A stretch of DNA of 64,000 nucleotides from an uncultured bacterium (GTDB lineage Bacteria; Krumholzibacteriota; Krumholzibacteriia; LZORAL124-64-63): positions 25,522-89,521 of the forward strand of contig CAIOLW010000219.1 in the NCBI GenBank assembly GCA_903859215.1, given 5' to 3'. Below the pieces are notes generated by a model. It saw only the letters and a list, made by a program, of their open reading frames with translations. It ran no database searches and had not been told where the DNA came from. Position 1 is the stretch's first letter, and every line of letters begins with the position of its first letter. Made by a program: the position numbers and the translations under genes. This document shows positions 11,201 through 20,884 of the stretch, piece by piece.

Positions 11201-12024
11201 CAGGCGCCCCTCCCGGCCGCAGCCAGCTTCGCCGTGAACTCCCTGGCGCGCGCAGTGCTGACCGGCGCCGCCACGTCGCCACCCTCCTTGAGGGCCGTGC
11301 CGACGATGAAGCCGTCGGCCAGCGGCAGGAAGCGCTCGACGGTACCGACGGAAATCCCCGAGCCCACCAGCAGCGGGCAGTCCGGCATGGCCTCGCGCAG
11401 GGTGGCCAGTTCGGCCGGGTCGGCGCCGGCGCCGGTGGCCGCGCCGGTGACGATCAGGGCATCGGCCAGCCCCCGCACGCGGATATCCAGCGCATCGTCG
11501 ATCATCGGGCGGGCGGCCAGCGGCGCGGCGTGCTTGACGCGCACGTCCGCCAGGATGCCCACCGTCGAGCCGAACTCGCGGCGGCGCCGCAGCGTGCGCC
11601 AGGCGAGGCCCGGCATCGGGCCCTGGTCGGTGACGGCCGCCCCCGTGTGCACGTTGACGCGGATGTAGGCGGCGCCGACGGCCACGGCGATGGCCAGGGC
11701 AGCCTCGGCGTCGTTGCGCAGGACGTTGATGCCCAGCGGGGTGCGCGGGAACTCGCGGCGAACCGCCGTGGCGACCACGGTCATGGCGGCGATGGTGATC
11801 GGGGGCACGACGTCCGGGTAGAACGGGACATCGAAGAAATTCTCGATCATCAGCGCGCGGACGCCCCCGTCGTGCAGGGCCTGGGCGTCCCGGAGGGCGG
11901 CCGCCGTGACCGCGGCCAGGCTTCCTTCCCAGCAGGGGCTGCCCGGCAACGGGGCCAGGTGGAGCATGCCGATGACGCCGGGGCTGCACAGTTCGGCAAA
12001 GGTGTCACGATTCCAGGGATTCAC
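11200..12024 (-). CDS. BtpA/SgcQ-family TIM-barrel protein
   Basis: About 274 aa, Ala/Val-rich TIM-barrel-like sequence consistent with the BtpA family. Stop overlaps rfbB start. Confidence 0.55.
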   Translation of the reverse strand: MNPWNRDTFAELCSPGVIGMLHLAPLPGSPCWEGSLAAVTAAALRDAQALHDGGVRALMIENFFDVPFYPDVVPPITIAAMTVVATAVRREFPRTPLGINVLRNDAEAALAIAVAVGAAYIRVNVHTGAAVTDQGPMPGLAWRTLRRRREFGSTVGILADVRVKHAAPLAARPMIDDALDIRVRGLADALIVTGAATGAGADPAELATLREAMPDCPLLVGSGISVGTVERFLPLADGFIVGTALKEGGDVAAPVSTARAREFTAKLAAAGRGA

Positions 12025-12170
12025 GGTGTGCGGTCCTTCCGGGGGCGGATTGGCATCGGGCTTGGCACGGGGCTCCCCGTAGAATAAATTGGACCCACCT
12101 CTCCTGACAAGGTCTTAGGCCCCCTGCCCCGCCGCGCGCCGCTCCCGGCGCCCGGCCGACGAGGAGTCCG

Positions 12171-12764
12171 ATGCAGATCGTGCATGGCAAGTCCGGCTGG
12201 CTCGAGGTCATCTGCGGGCCGATGTTCAGCGGCAAGAGCGAGGAACTGATCAAGCGGATCCGCCGGGCCCAGATCGCGCGCCGCCGGGTCCAGATCTTCA
12301 AGCACGGCATCGATGCCCGCTACGATGCGGCGAACATCGTCTCGCACAGCCAGCAGAGCATGCCGGGCGTGGCCGTGACCAATGCGCAGGACATCCTGAA
12401 CCTGGTCGATGACCGGACCGAACTGGTGGCGATCGACGAGGGCCAGTTCTTCGGCGAGGAGATCGTCGATGTCGTGAACAAGCTGGCGAACCTGGGCAAG
12501 CGCGTGGTCGTCGCCGGCCTCGACCTCGACTACCGCGGGCTGCCGTTCGGCCCCATGCCCCAGTTGATGTGCCGCGCCGAGTATGTGACGAAGCAGCTGG
12601 CCATCTGCATGACGTGCGGGGACCCGGCCAACTTCACGCAGCGCCTGACGCGCGACACGGAACAGGTCGTGGTCGGCGCGGCCGAGATCTACGAGGCGCG
12701 CTGCCGCTGCCATTTCGAGCCGCCGGTCGAGGACCGCGCTGCGGGAACGGCAACCGGCGCCTGA
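12171..12764 (+). CDS. tdk: Thymidine kinase
   Basis: GPMFSGKSEELI P-loop, VAIDEGQFF, C-terminal zinc ribbon CMTCG…CRCH. Confidence 0.9.
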   Translation: MQIVHGKSGWLEVICGPMFSGKSEELIKRIRRAQIARRRVQIFKHGIDARYDAANIVSHSQQSMPGVAVTNAQDILNLVDDRTELVAIDEGQFFGEEIVDVVNKLANLGKRVVVAGLDLDYRGLPFGPMPQLMCRAEYVTKQLAICMTCGDPANFTQRLTRDTEQVVVGAAEIYEARCRCHFEPPVEDRAAGTATGA

Positions 12765-12792
12765 GAAGCCGGCGCGAGGTGGCGGAATTGAA

Positions 12793-12822
12793 CGACCGGC
12801 CCGGGTCAGGACCCGGGCCGGT
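12793..12822. terminator. Perfect 13-bp GC-rich hairpin (GACCGGCCCGGGT-cagg-ACCCGGGCCGGTC) between convergent tdk and HDOD genes; probable bidirectional terminator
   Basis: Inverted repeat read directly from sequence. No U-tract (common in high-GC genomes). Confidence 0.35.
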
Positions 12823-12862
12823 CGCGTTACCGGACGCGTTCGCGGCTTTCGTCGCGGCCGTG

Positions 12863-14779
12863 TCAGTTGAAGAAGTGCGGGTCGATCTTGAGGGCGCCTG
12901 CCCGCGCCACGAGGTCATCCACGCGCTCGGCCGTCAGGCCCAGCGCCGAGGCGGCCGGCATCAGGCGCGCTCGGACCTCGTATTCGTCCTCCGCGGCCAG
13001 CCCTTCCTCGTCATTGCTGCAGCAGCGGGCGATCTCCTCGCCGAGGGCGATCATCGCCGCCACGCGGGCATTGCGCGCGTCGGGATGGTCGAACCGGTGG
13101 TGCCACCGCACGGCGTCCTCGAGGTCCTCCGTCAGGTTCCACTCGCGCAGCAGGAGCGCGCCGAGTTCGCCGTGGTCGAAGCCGAGCACGCGCAACTCGA
13201 CCTCGTGGTACGGCTCGCCCGTCTCGGCCGAGACCGCGAGGATCTCCTGGAACAACTCCGGGTGGCTGCGCGCGAGCACCAGTTGGCCGATGTTCTGCAT
13301 CAGGCCGCCGACGAACACGCCTTCCGGCTGCACGCGGCCGACGGCCTGGGCGACGAGTTGGCTGCCCATCGCCGACATGACCGACTGCCGCCAGATCTTG
13401 TGGTAGAGCATGCCCGCGCCCGGCGCGAGGAAGACCGAGCGGCTGGCCGTGACCAGCGTCCAGTTGCGGATGGTGACGAAGCCGAGGCGGACGATCGCCT
13501 CACTGACGGTCGTGATCTGCCGGGCGGCGCCGTAGAACGGGCTGTTGGCGATGCGCAGGACCTTGGCGGTCAACGCCTGGTCCATCGCGAGCGCCTTTTC
13601 CAACCGCGTGGCGGTGGTGCGCGGGTCCTCGATGACCGCCATGATGTGGCAGGCCGCCTTCGGCAGCGCCGGCAGCTCGCCGCTGTGCCGCAGGATGATC
13701 TCCGGCGTCAGCGCGTGGCGCACCGACTCTCCCGGTTCGCAATTCGACAGCTCGACCAGGGTGGATGACAATCCCCCGATGTGCAGTCGCGTCTCAGGTG
13801 AATCATCGTCTTCCAGGCCTTCGTCGAAGATCTGGATGGTGTCGTCCGCGGGCGCCGGGCGCCGGGCGCCGGTGGGCGCCAGCGGCCTGGCGACGGGTTC
13901 GATGGCCGGGGCGGACACCGTGTTCGCCGCCGCCTGTACCGGGACCGGCGCGAACGGGTCGATTTCGGGCGCCCGGCGGCGCGCCAGCACCGCGACCTCC
14001 GATTCCTGGTGCCGCGGCGCCCCGGAGTCGAGGCCCTCCCGCGCACGCCTGCGTTCGAGTTCGGCGTTCAACACGGACGAGACCTGGCCCTGCCGCACCG
14101 GCACGCCCTTGTCGAGCAGGCACATGCGCGCCAGCGCGAACTGCGCCAGGACGTTCGCGGCGGCCAGGGCCGAACTGCCTGCCTGATCGGCGTCGAGGTA
14201 GAGGAACGTGTTCCAATGGCCCTGCGAAGGCAGGGGCAGGATGACGATCTGGCGATCGCGCGCGCCGCGCCCGAGCAGTAACGTCAGGTCGAGCGGGAAG
14301 TGTTTCTGGGGCACGGGGCCGTAGTAGACGGTGCCGTCGTGCGCGACGGCGGCGAAGACGTCGTCCTTGTCGCTGGGAATCGGCGCGCGCCCGTCGCGTC
14401 GTTTGCGGCGCGCCTCGGCCGGCAGTGACACGTTCTCCTCGAGGAACACCTGCAAGCCGCTGGACCACCGCTTGATGAGCAGGAGACGCAGCCCCGTCTG
14501 CCGCGCGAGCCGAACGAAGAACTCCGGAACATCCTTCACCCGCGTGATCGCGGACAACTCGCTGATGCCGGCCTGAAGCGAGGGCGATGCCTGCGGCTGC
14601 GCGCGCCTCGCCGCCGATTCATCGGGGGCCGGCCGGGGCGCGACGGCCGGCGGTTGCCCGGAGGCGGCATGCGGTGACGGCGCGCTGTCCGGCGCGTCGT
14701 CGGACAACTCGCGCACGCGCGCCTGCAGCCGCGCCAGCGTCTGTTGGATGTCCTGAAGTTCGTCCGTCTGAGTGCTCAA
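12863..14779 (-). CDS. HDOD-domain signalling protein with ~400-aa N-terminal region of unknown function
   Basis: C-terminal HDOD signature (…LTAKVLRIANSPFYG…GFVTIRNW…HGELGALLLREWNL…). N-terminal coiled coil plus unassigned domain. Confidence 0.7.
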   Translation of the reverse strand: MSTQTDELQDIQQTLARLQARVRELSDDAPDSAPSPHAASGQPPAVAPRPAPDESAARRAQPQASPSLQAGISELSAITRVKDVPEFFVRLARQTGLRLLLIKRWSSGLQVFLEENVSLPAEARRKRRDGRAPIPSDKDDVFAAVAHDGTVYYGPVPQKHFPLDLTLLLGRGARDRQIVILPLPSQGHWNTFLYLDADQAGSSALAAANVLAQFALARMCLLDKGVPVRQGQVSSVLNAELERRRAREGLDSGAPRHQESEVAVLARRRAPEIDPFAPVPVQAAANTVSAPAIEPVARPLAPTGARRPAPADDTIQIFDEGLEDDDSPETRLHIGGLSSTLVELSNCEPGESVRHALTPEIILRHSGELPALPKAACHIMAVIEDPRTTATRLEKALAMDQALTAKVLRIANSPFYGAARQITTVSEAIVRLGFVTIRNWTLVTASRSVFLAPGAGMLYHKIWRQSVMSAMGSQLVAQAVGRVQPEGVFVGGLMQNIGQLVLARSHPELFQEILAVSAETGEPYHEVELRVLGFDHGELGALLLREWNLTEDLEDAVRWHHRFDHPDARNARVAAMIALGEEIARCCSNDEEGLAAEDEYEVRARLMPAASALGLTAERVDDLVARAGALKIDPHFFN

Positions 14780-14909
14780 CCGCGTCCTCGCTCGCTGACG
14801 ATCCGCTGGTCCGGCGCCCGCGGGGCGCCTCCCCTGCGCCTAGGATCGGCAGTTCAAGGACCGATTGAATGAAAATATCGCGGGTGACCAACGCCCGGCG
14901 GATGGGATG

Positions 14910-14937
14910 TTGCCGGTAAGGTCGGGACGGGTATTAT
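14910..14937 (+). promoter_or_regulatory. Putative sigma-70 promoter for queD (-35 TTGCCG, 16-nt spacer, -10 TATTAT)
   Basis: Motifs read from sequence about 45 nt upstream of queD start; GGAGG RBS precedes ATG. Confidence 0.3.
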
Positions 14938-14983
14938 TGTTCCCGGGCAGATCTCGCCGAGGCGGCGGAACCCGTGGAGGAAC

Positions 14984-15364
14984 ATGGACATGGCAGGCGG
15001 CCGGACCAGGATCACGAAATCGTTCACCTTCGACGCCGCCCATTGGCTGCCCAAGGTGCCGGAAGACCACAAGTGCCGGCGGCTGCACGGGCACACCTAC
15101 CGGCTCGAGGTGGCGCTCGAGGGTCCGCTGGATCCCGAACTGGGCTGGGTCGTGGATTATGGTGCAATAAGCGGCGTGGTCGACCCCGTCGTCCGCGAAC
15201 TGGACCACCGGTGCCTGAACGACCTGCCGGGGCTTGAGAACCCCACGGCGGAGGTCCTGGCGACGTGGATCTTCAGGCGGCTGCGCCCCGAGTTGCCCCT
15301 GCTCGTGGAGGTCGTCGTCAGCGAGACGCCCCGCACTTCGGCGATCTTCCGGGGCGACGGCTGA
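14984..15364 (+). CDS. queD: 6-carboxy-5,6,7,8-tetrahydropterin synthase (QueD/PTPS family)
   Basis: CRRLHGHTY catalytic Cys-His-His motif; about 120 aa size; ITKSFTFDAAHWL N-terminus. Confidence 0.8.
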   Translation: MDMAGGRTRITKSFTFDAAHWLPKVPEDHKCRRLHGHTYRLEVALEGPLDPELGWVVDYGAISGVVDPVVRELDHRCLNDLPGLENPTAEVLATWIFRRLRPELPLLVEVVVSETPRTSAIFRGDG

Positions 15365-15384
15365 GACCGCGCGGCCGGCGCCTT

Positions 15385-18003
15385 TCAGTGCGCCGGCGCC
15401 GGCCTGACGTGCTCGACGGCATCAGCCGGGATCCAGCCCTGCCAGTCGCCCCCAAGGCTTACCTTCGCCCACCCGTCACGCTGCCCCTGGACGTTGAGCG
15501 CCAGACCCGCGTGCACCCCGAAGAGCGTCGGGAACGTGGCCGCCGGGCCCGACCGGACATCGACGGCGTCGGCAACGACCACAGCCTGGTCGCGCACACG
15601 TTCCTGGTACCAGCGCCCGCAGGTGATGGCCCCGACCAGAATGACGGCTGCGACCGACGCGTAGAGCGCGCGGCGCTGCGCCGTCGAACCGCCTCGCAGC
15701 CAGCGCCAGCCGAGCACGACCGCCACGGCCCACACGCAGAGCACCAGCAGCGTCCCCCATTCGTCGATGGAAAGCGCCCCGACGACGGCAGCCGCCTGGG
15801 CGACGAACAGCGGCAGTGACTGGCTCGCCAGTTCAAGGTCTTTCAGGTTCTGTCGCAGCCAGGCGAGGTTCCGGCGCACATCATGGTCACGCGGCGCCAG
15901 CCGCTCGGCGCGCAGGTAGCTGGCGACGGCCGGGCCGACCTGCCCCGTCCGCGCCTGGGCGTTGCCCAGGTTGTAGTGCAGCGCCGGGTCGTCGAGCCCC
16001 TGGGCCCGCGCCTGGAGGTAAAGGTCCCGCGCTTCGGCGAACTTGCTGCCGGTATAGGCCTGGTTGCCCTGGGTGAAGAGCGCGCGGGCGTCTCCCGCCG
16101 CTCGTGACGGCGACGCCAGCACCGAGCAGCCGGCGACGGCGATCACAAGGGCGACGACGCGCGCGGCGCCGCCGGAAGTGCCCACCGGGCCGCTGCCGGC
16201 CTTGTCGAGGGCCTGGAGCGCCGCTGCCGCCTCCGCGGCGAGCGCGGTGGCTGCCGCGCCGACCTGACCGCCAAACCGGGCGTGGTCACAGCGGTCCAGC
16301 AAGGCCACCAGCGCGGCGCCGACCTCGGGGCATCCCCGTTTCGTCGCCAGGGCCGCGACTTCTTCGGGACCCACTGCGGCGACCGGCCGGTCCAGGCAGT
16401 CTGCCACGTACCCCGTCACCGCGCGCGCGACGGTCGACAGGCCTTCCTGGCCGTCGCCCCCGGGGCCGGTCTTTGCCAGAAGCGCCTTGGCAACGCCGAG
16501 GGCGCCCCGTCGGCGCCTGCCCGCCGGGTTCAACTGGTCCGCCGCCAGGCGCCCGAGCCGCCAGCGCCAGGCCCCCAGGAGCAGGCCCGGCAGCACGGCA
16601 AGGCACCACCACGCCACGCCGCCGAAACGAGGCAGTGCGCCGACACCCTGCAGGGGGCCGGCGTGGATGAACGCCAGGTCGTCGCCGACGCGCGCGATCT
16701 CGTTGCGCAGGAAGCCGGAATCCTCGCCGCCCGCCACCGGGCGGTCGCTGGGCGTGACCGCGACGTCGCGCCCCGCCGAGCGCGCCGTGCGGTACTCGCC
16801 GTGGGTGACGTCGAACCAGGAGACCTCCACGGACGGAACGTGCACGGTTCCCTCGCGCGTCGTGACCATCACCTTCTCACCGCTCAGGCGCCCCAGCAGC
16901 CGATTGTCCTGCGGGGTCGTGACGACGTTCTCGGCGGCGTCATGCAGGCGCGTGCCCTCGGGTTCGGCCACCTTCAAGCCGGCGAACCCCTTCAGGAAGC
17001 CGTCGGTATTCAGGGACACCTTGAGGCCGATGGCATCGCCGCGCGGGACCGTGGTCCGGTCGATAACGGCGTCGACCGTGCACTGGGTGCCGACGATGCC
17101 GCTGAAGCCGGCCGGTTTCGGCAGGGGCAAGTCGCGGACCGTGACCGTGACCGGTCGCGACTTCAGCACCCGAGGGCCCTGCGGTTGCTGCCGCGAGTTG
17201 AAGAAACGGTCGAACACGTCGTCCGGGAACACCAGTTCGGCCGGGTCGATCTGCAGCTTGCCGGTGCGCGTCGGGAACAGCGCATAGCGGATCTCGGTCA
17301 CGTTGTAGGGCATGCCCCGGAGCATCTGCCGCGAGTTGCGCTCGGTGCCGAGATCCTCGCGCCAGAATCCTTCCGTGCGCGGCGCCGTGTACGAGGGGTT
17401 CCCGAACGGCTGCACGCGCCGCCACCACTGGAAGGACAGCACGACCTGCTGCCCCACCCACGCCTCGGGCTTGTCGACGGACATCGTGACGAACATGTCG
17501 TCGCCACCGGAGACGGCCCCGGGCGCGGGGGCCGGCGGCCGCTGCTGCCGGTTGCCGCTGTCGGCCGGCGGCACCGAAGACCCCGCCACGACCTTGATCG
17601 CGATCGGCGCGGTCTGGCATGGACCGGCCGCGGTATTGACGCGAACCGGCCCGATGGTGAAATCGGAATCGGTCTCGACGCGCAGGTAGAAGGTGCGCGA
17701 GACAACGATGCGGCTCTGGCCGTTGACGGAGGTCATGCTCTGGTTCGTGCCGCCGCCATAGATGCGCACGCCGGGCATGTCGGGAAGCTGGAATGACGGC
17801 GACCAGCCGATATCGCCTTCGGCAGTGACCACGAGCACAACATCCTCGCCGCGGGCCACCGTGCCCTGGCTGACCTCGGCCCGACAGGAAACGGCGGCCT
17901 GCGCCGCACCGGCGCCGGCCGCCATCGCCCACAGGGCCAGCAGCGCGATCGCCATCGCGACCGGCGCGCGCCCATGCCTCGGACTTCCGCCTCGGATCAC
18001 CAT
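15385..18003 (-). CDS. BatD-like protein fused to TPR/SH3b BatE-like C-terminal domain
   Basis: N-terminal signal plus BatD-type region. Central TM helix. C-terminal TPR repeats (ALFTQGNQAYTGSKFAEARDLYLQA…) and a terminal SH3b-like segment (DGWAKVSLGGDWQGWIP). Last gene of the Bat operon. Confidence 0.7.
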   Translation of the reverse strand: MVIRGGSPRHGRAPVAMAIALLALWAMAAGAGAAQAAVSCRAEVSQGTVARGEDVVLVVTAEGDIGWSPSFQLPDMPGVRIYGGGTNQSMTSVNGQSRIVVSRTFYLRVETDSDFTIGPVRVNTAAGPCQTAPIAIKVVAGSSVPPADSGNRQQRPPAPAPGAVSGGDDMFVTMSVDKPEAWVGQQVVLSFQWWRRVQPFGNPSYTAPRTEGFWREDLGTERNSRQMLRGMPYNVTEIRYALFPTRTGKLQIDPAELVFPDDVFDRFFNSRQQPQGPRVLKSRPVTVTVRDLPLPKPAGFSGIVGTQCTVDAVIDRTTVPRGDAIGLKVSLNTDGFLKGFAGLKVAEPEGTRLHDAAENVVTTPQDNRLLGRLSGEKVMVTTREGTVHVPSVEVSWFDVTHGEYRTARSAGRDVAVTPSDRPVAGGEDSGFLRNEIARVGDDLAFIHAGPLQGVGALPRFGGVAWWCLAVLPGLLLGAWRWRLGRLAADQLNPAGRRRRGALGVAKALLAKTGPGGDGQEGLSTVARAVTGYVADCLDRPVAAVGPEEVAALATKRGCPEVGAALVALLDRCDHARFGGQVGAAATALAAEAAAALQALDKAGSGPVGTSGGAARVVALVIAVAGCSVLASPSRAAGDARALFTQGNQAYTGSKFAEARDLYLQARAQGLDDPALHYNLGNAQARTGQVGPAVASYLRAERLAPRDHDVRRNLAWLRQNLKDLELASQSLPLFVAQAAAVVGALSIDEWGTLLVLCVWAVAVVLGWRWLRGGSTAQRRALYASVAAVILVGAITCGRWYQERVRDQAVVVADAVDVRSGPAATFPTLFGVHAGLALNVQGQRDGWAKVSLGGDWQGWIPADAVEHVRPAPAH

Positions 18004-19916
18004 CGCTTGCCACTCCGGGGTCGCTTACCCTGGACCCGTTTCTGCAGGGACCTCTTCAACTCTTCCTCGTCCCGGTCGAGAGCCTTGAGGATCTGCGTCG
18101 CCTGCTGATCCGTCAACTCCGGCTGCGGGGCGTCCTTGTCCTTTCGGGACTGCGCCTGCTGCTCTTCCGGCTGCTTCCCGTCCTGCTTCTTCTGCTGCTG
18201 GTCCTGTTGTTGCTGTTGTTGCTTCTGCTGCTCTTGTTTCTGCTGGTCCTGCTGTTGCTGGTCCTGCTTCTGCTGTTCCTGCTTCTGCTGGTCCTGTTGC
18301 TGCTGGTCCTGTTGCTTCTTGTCGTCCTGCTTCGACTGCTGCTGGTCCTTGTTCTGCTGTTGGTCCTTCTTGTCGGCCTTCTTGTCGTCCTTCTTGTCGT
18401 CCTTCTTGTCTTCTTTCTTGTCGTCCTGCTTCTGCTGCTGCTGTTGCTGCTGGAGGCGCCGCAACGCCGCCTCGAGGTTCAAGTTGGCATCCTGCTGCCC
18501 CGGATCGAGCTTGAGCGACTCGCGCAGCGACTTGACGGCTCCTTCGGCATCGCCGGCAGCCAGGGCTGCGGTGCCCCGGTTGTAGAGTGCCTCGGCCCTG
18601 AGCGCGGGGTCGTCGGTGAGCGCCAGGGCGCGTTCGAACTCGTGCGTCGCCTCGGGGTACTTCTGCAGGCGGAACAGGGACTCGCCGACGGCCAGGCTGA
18701 GCACGGGATCGTCGGGAGCCTGCACGACGGCTCCCTGAAAGGCCGACAACGCGCCCTGGTAATCACCCTTCTCGTACAGGCGCCGGCCCTCGGCGGCAGC
18801 CCCGGCGCCGTCACGGACGACCCCCGCCCCTGACGGTCCGGCAAAGGCGACGACACACACCACGACCAGCGCCGCTTTCACGGCGGCGCGCCGCCGGGGC
18901 CGCAGCGCCAGGCGCAGGACGAGGCAGGCCACCGCCGCCAGAAGCGGCCACACGAAGCGCTCCTGGTAGGCGGACACGCGCCGGTCCTCGAGATCGCGCC
19001 GGCCGAGACGCTGCAGCTCGCGATAGAGGCGATCGCCCGCCAGCCCGTCCACGCCCAACCGGAACGTGCCGACGCCGCCCAGCGCCCCCAGTTTCTCCAG
19101 GGCCTCGAGGTTCAGGTGCGTGGTCACGACGTTCCCCTGGTCATCTTTCAGGAATCCTGCCGAACGACCCTGCTGGTCGCTGGCGGGGATGAGACCGCCC
19201 TCGGAACTGCCGACGCCGACGGGGATGACACGAATGCCGTCCTTCTGGCAGGCGTCAGCCTCCTTCTGCCAGTCGCCCTCGAGGTCCTCGCCGTCGGTCA
19301 CCAGGATGATCGCCTGGAACCCTTCGGCTTCGACGCCGCCCTTGCGGCCCTTCGCCAGCAGTTGGCGGGCCGTCGAGAGCGCCGCGCCGATATTCGTGCC
19401 CTGCTCGGACAGCATGTCGGCGTCGGCCATCTTCAGGAACATGTCGGCCGTGCCGTAGTCCAGCGTGAGCGGGCACTGCACAAAGGCTGCACCCGCAAAG
19501 AAGACCAGGCCGATGCGGCTGTCCTGCACACGCCCAAGGAAGCTGCCGAGTTCAGTCTTGGCGCGCTCGAGTCGGCTGGGCGCCACGTCCTGGGCGCGCA
19601 TTGAATTGGAGATGTCGAGCACGACCACGACATCGGAGCCGCGCTGCGTCACCGTCACCTCGCTGGCGCCCCACTGCGGCCGCGCCAGCGCGACCAGCAG
19701 CCAGAACAGGCCAGCCAGGAGCAGGAACCGGTCCCAGGTCAGCAGGGAGGCATGGCGGCCCTCCACGTGGCCGGCTGCGTTGTCGCCGAGCAGCGCGCGC
19801 AATCGTCGCCGGCTGCGAGTCTCCCAGAGCCGCAGCCCGAGCCACAGCACCGGCAGCAGCGGCACCACCCAAAGCCAAGGCTGCGCGGCGAACCTCACGG
19901 CAACCTCCTGAGCCAC
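17997..19916 (-). CDS. BatB-like VWA-domain protein fused to BatC-like TPR domain, with K/D/Q-rich low-complexity C-terminal tail
   Basis: VVLDISNSM…ILVTDGE MIDAS/VWA motifs, two TM helices, TPR repeats, then about 120 aa of QQKQ/DKKDDKK repeats. Confidence 0.75.
   Translation of the reverse strand: MAQEVAVRFAAQPWLWVVPLLPVLWLGLRLWETRSRRRLRALLGDNAAGHVEGRHASLLTWDRFLLLAGLFWLLVALARPQWGASEVTVTQRGSDVVVVLDISNSMRAQDVAPSRLERAKTELGSFLGRVQDSRIGLVFFAGAAFVQCPLTLDYGTADMFLKMADADMLSEQGTNIGAALSTARQLLAKGRKGGVEAEGFQAIILVTDGEDLEGDWQKEADACQKDGIRVIPVGVGSSEGGLIPASDQQGRSAGFLKDDQGNVVTTHLNLEALEKLGALGGVGTFRLGVDGLAGDRLYRELQRLGRRDLEDRRVSAYQERFVWPLLAAVACLVLRLALRPRRRAAVKAALVVVCVVAFAGPSGAGVVRDGAGAAAEGRRLYEKGDYQGALSAFQGAVVQAPDDPVLSLAVGESLFRLQKYPEATHEFERALALTDDPALRAEALYNRGTAALAAGDAEGAVKSLRESLKLDPGQQDANLNLEAALRRLQQQQQQQKQDDKKEDKKDDKKDDKKADKKDQQQNKDQQQSKQDDKKQQDQQQQDQQKQEQQKQDQQQQDQQKQEQQKQQQQQQDQQQKKQDGKQPEEQQAQSRKDKDAPQPELTDQQATQILKALDRDEEELKRSLQKRVQGKRPRSGKRW
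18130..18480. repeat. Imperfect short tandem repeats (ctgctg/ttgctg/cttctt units) encoding the K/D/Q low-complexity tail of BatB/C
   Basis: Visible as runs of ctgctgctggtcctgttg… on the + strand. Confidence 0.6.
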
Positions 19917-20884
19917 ACCGCGGCGAGCAACGCCTCGGCCAGCAGGAGGAACAGGCCGGGCACCGCGAACCAGTCCATGCGCTCGCGGTACCAGGTGCTG
20001 ACGGTCGTGCGGTAACGCACCTTCTCCATCTCGTCGATCTTCCGGAAGATGTTCTGCAACGCCTGCGGGTCGGTCGCCTGGAACATCGCGCCGCCGGTAG
20101 TGTCGGCGATGCGCCGCAGCAGGGGCAGGTCGATGCGCGATTCCACCTGGCGGACCTGGCGCCCGAAGATCGGGTCCTCGACCGGGAACGGCACCAGCCC
20201 CTCGCGCCCGATCGCCACGGCGTAGACCCGGATGCCGAACGACTGCGCCAGCCGCGCCGCGGTCTCGGGCTCAAGCGTCGGCACGTTGTTCACGCCGTCG
20301 GTCAACAGGATGATCGTTCGGCTCGGCGACGTCGACTTCTGGAGGCGCGACACGGCTGTCGCCAGGCCCAGTCCGATCGCGGTGCCGTCGTCGATCAGCC
20401 CAACGTGGATCTCGTCGAGGAACGACGTGAGCACGGGGTGGTCGAGCGTCAGCGGGCACTGCGTGAAGGCCCGCGCCGCGAAGACGACCAATCCGATCTG
20501 GTCGTGCGGCCGCCCGGCGATGAAGTCGCGGATGACGGCCTTGGCCGTATCCAGCCGGTCGAGCGGCTGGAAGTCGAGCGACTGCATGCTGCCGCTGATG
20601 TCCAGCGCCAGCACGATGTCGATGCCTTCGCCCTCGACGTCCTCGGAACGGTGCGCCTGCCGCGGTCCCGCCGCGGCGACGACGAGCAGCGCGATCGCCA
20701 GGCCCGACAGCCACGGCAGCGCGCGCACCAGGCGCACGCGCCAGTCGCGGGCGCCGCTGCCCAGCAGGGCCACATGCGGGTGGCGCAACCGACCTGCGGC
20801 CGGCCCGCCGCGACTGCGCCACCAGGCGATGGCCACGACAAGCGGTATCAGCGCCAGCAGCCACGGACGGGCGAATTCCATCAT
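19895..20884 (-). CDS. BatA-like VWA-domain membrane protein
   Basis: MMEFARPWLLALIPLVV N-terminal TM, DISGSM…LLTDGVNN VWA motifs, C-terminal TM. Start overlaps upstream stop (ATGA). Confidence 0.75.
   Translation of the reverse strand: MMEFARPWLLALIPLVVAIAWWRSRGGPAAGRLRHPHVALLGSGARDWRVRLVRALPWLSGLAIALLVVAAAGPRQAHRSEDVEGEGIDIVLALDISGSMQSLDFQPLDRLDTAKAVIRDFIAGRPHDQIGLVVFAARAFTQCPLTLDHPVLTSFLDEIHVGLIDDGTAIGLGLATAVSRLQKSTSPSRTIILLTDGVNNVPTLEPETAARLAQSFGIRVYAVAIGREGLVPFPVEDPIFGRQVRQVESRIDLPLLRRIADTTGGAMFQATDPQALQNIFRKIDEMEKVRYRTTVSTWYRERMDWFAVPGLFLLLAEALLAAVWLRRLP

Noticed and set aside
12075-12095. TGGCACG motif upstream of tdk
   Set aside because: The -12 position is CC not GC at the obligatory spacing; not a sigma-54 promoter.
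18130-18480. Repeat region as possible CRISPR/minisatellite
   Set aside because: Repeats are short, imperfect, in-frame coding low-complexity. No spacer-repeat periodicity.
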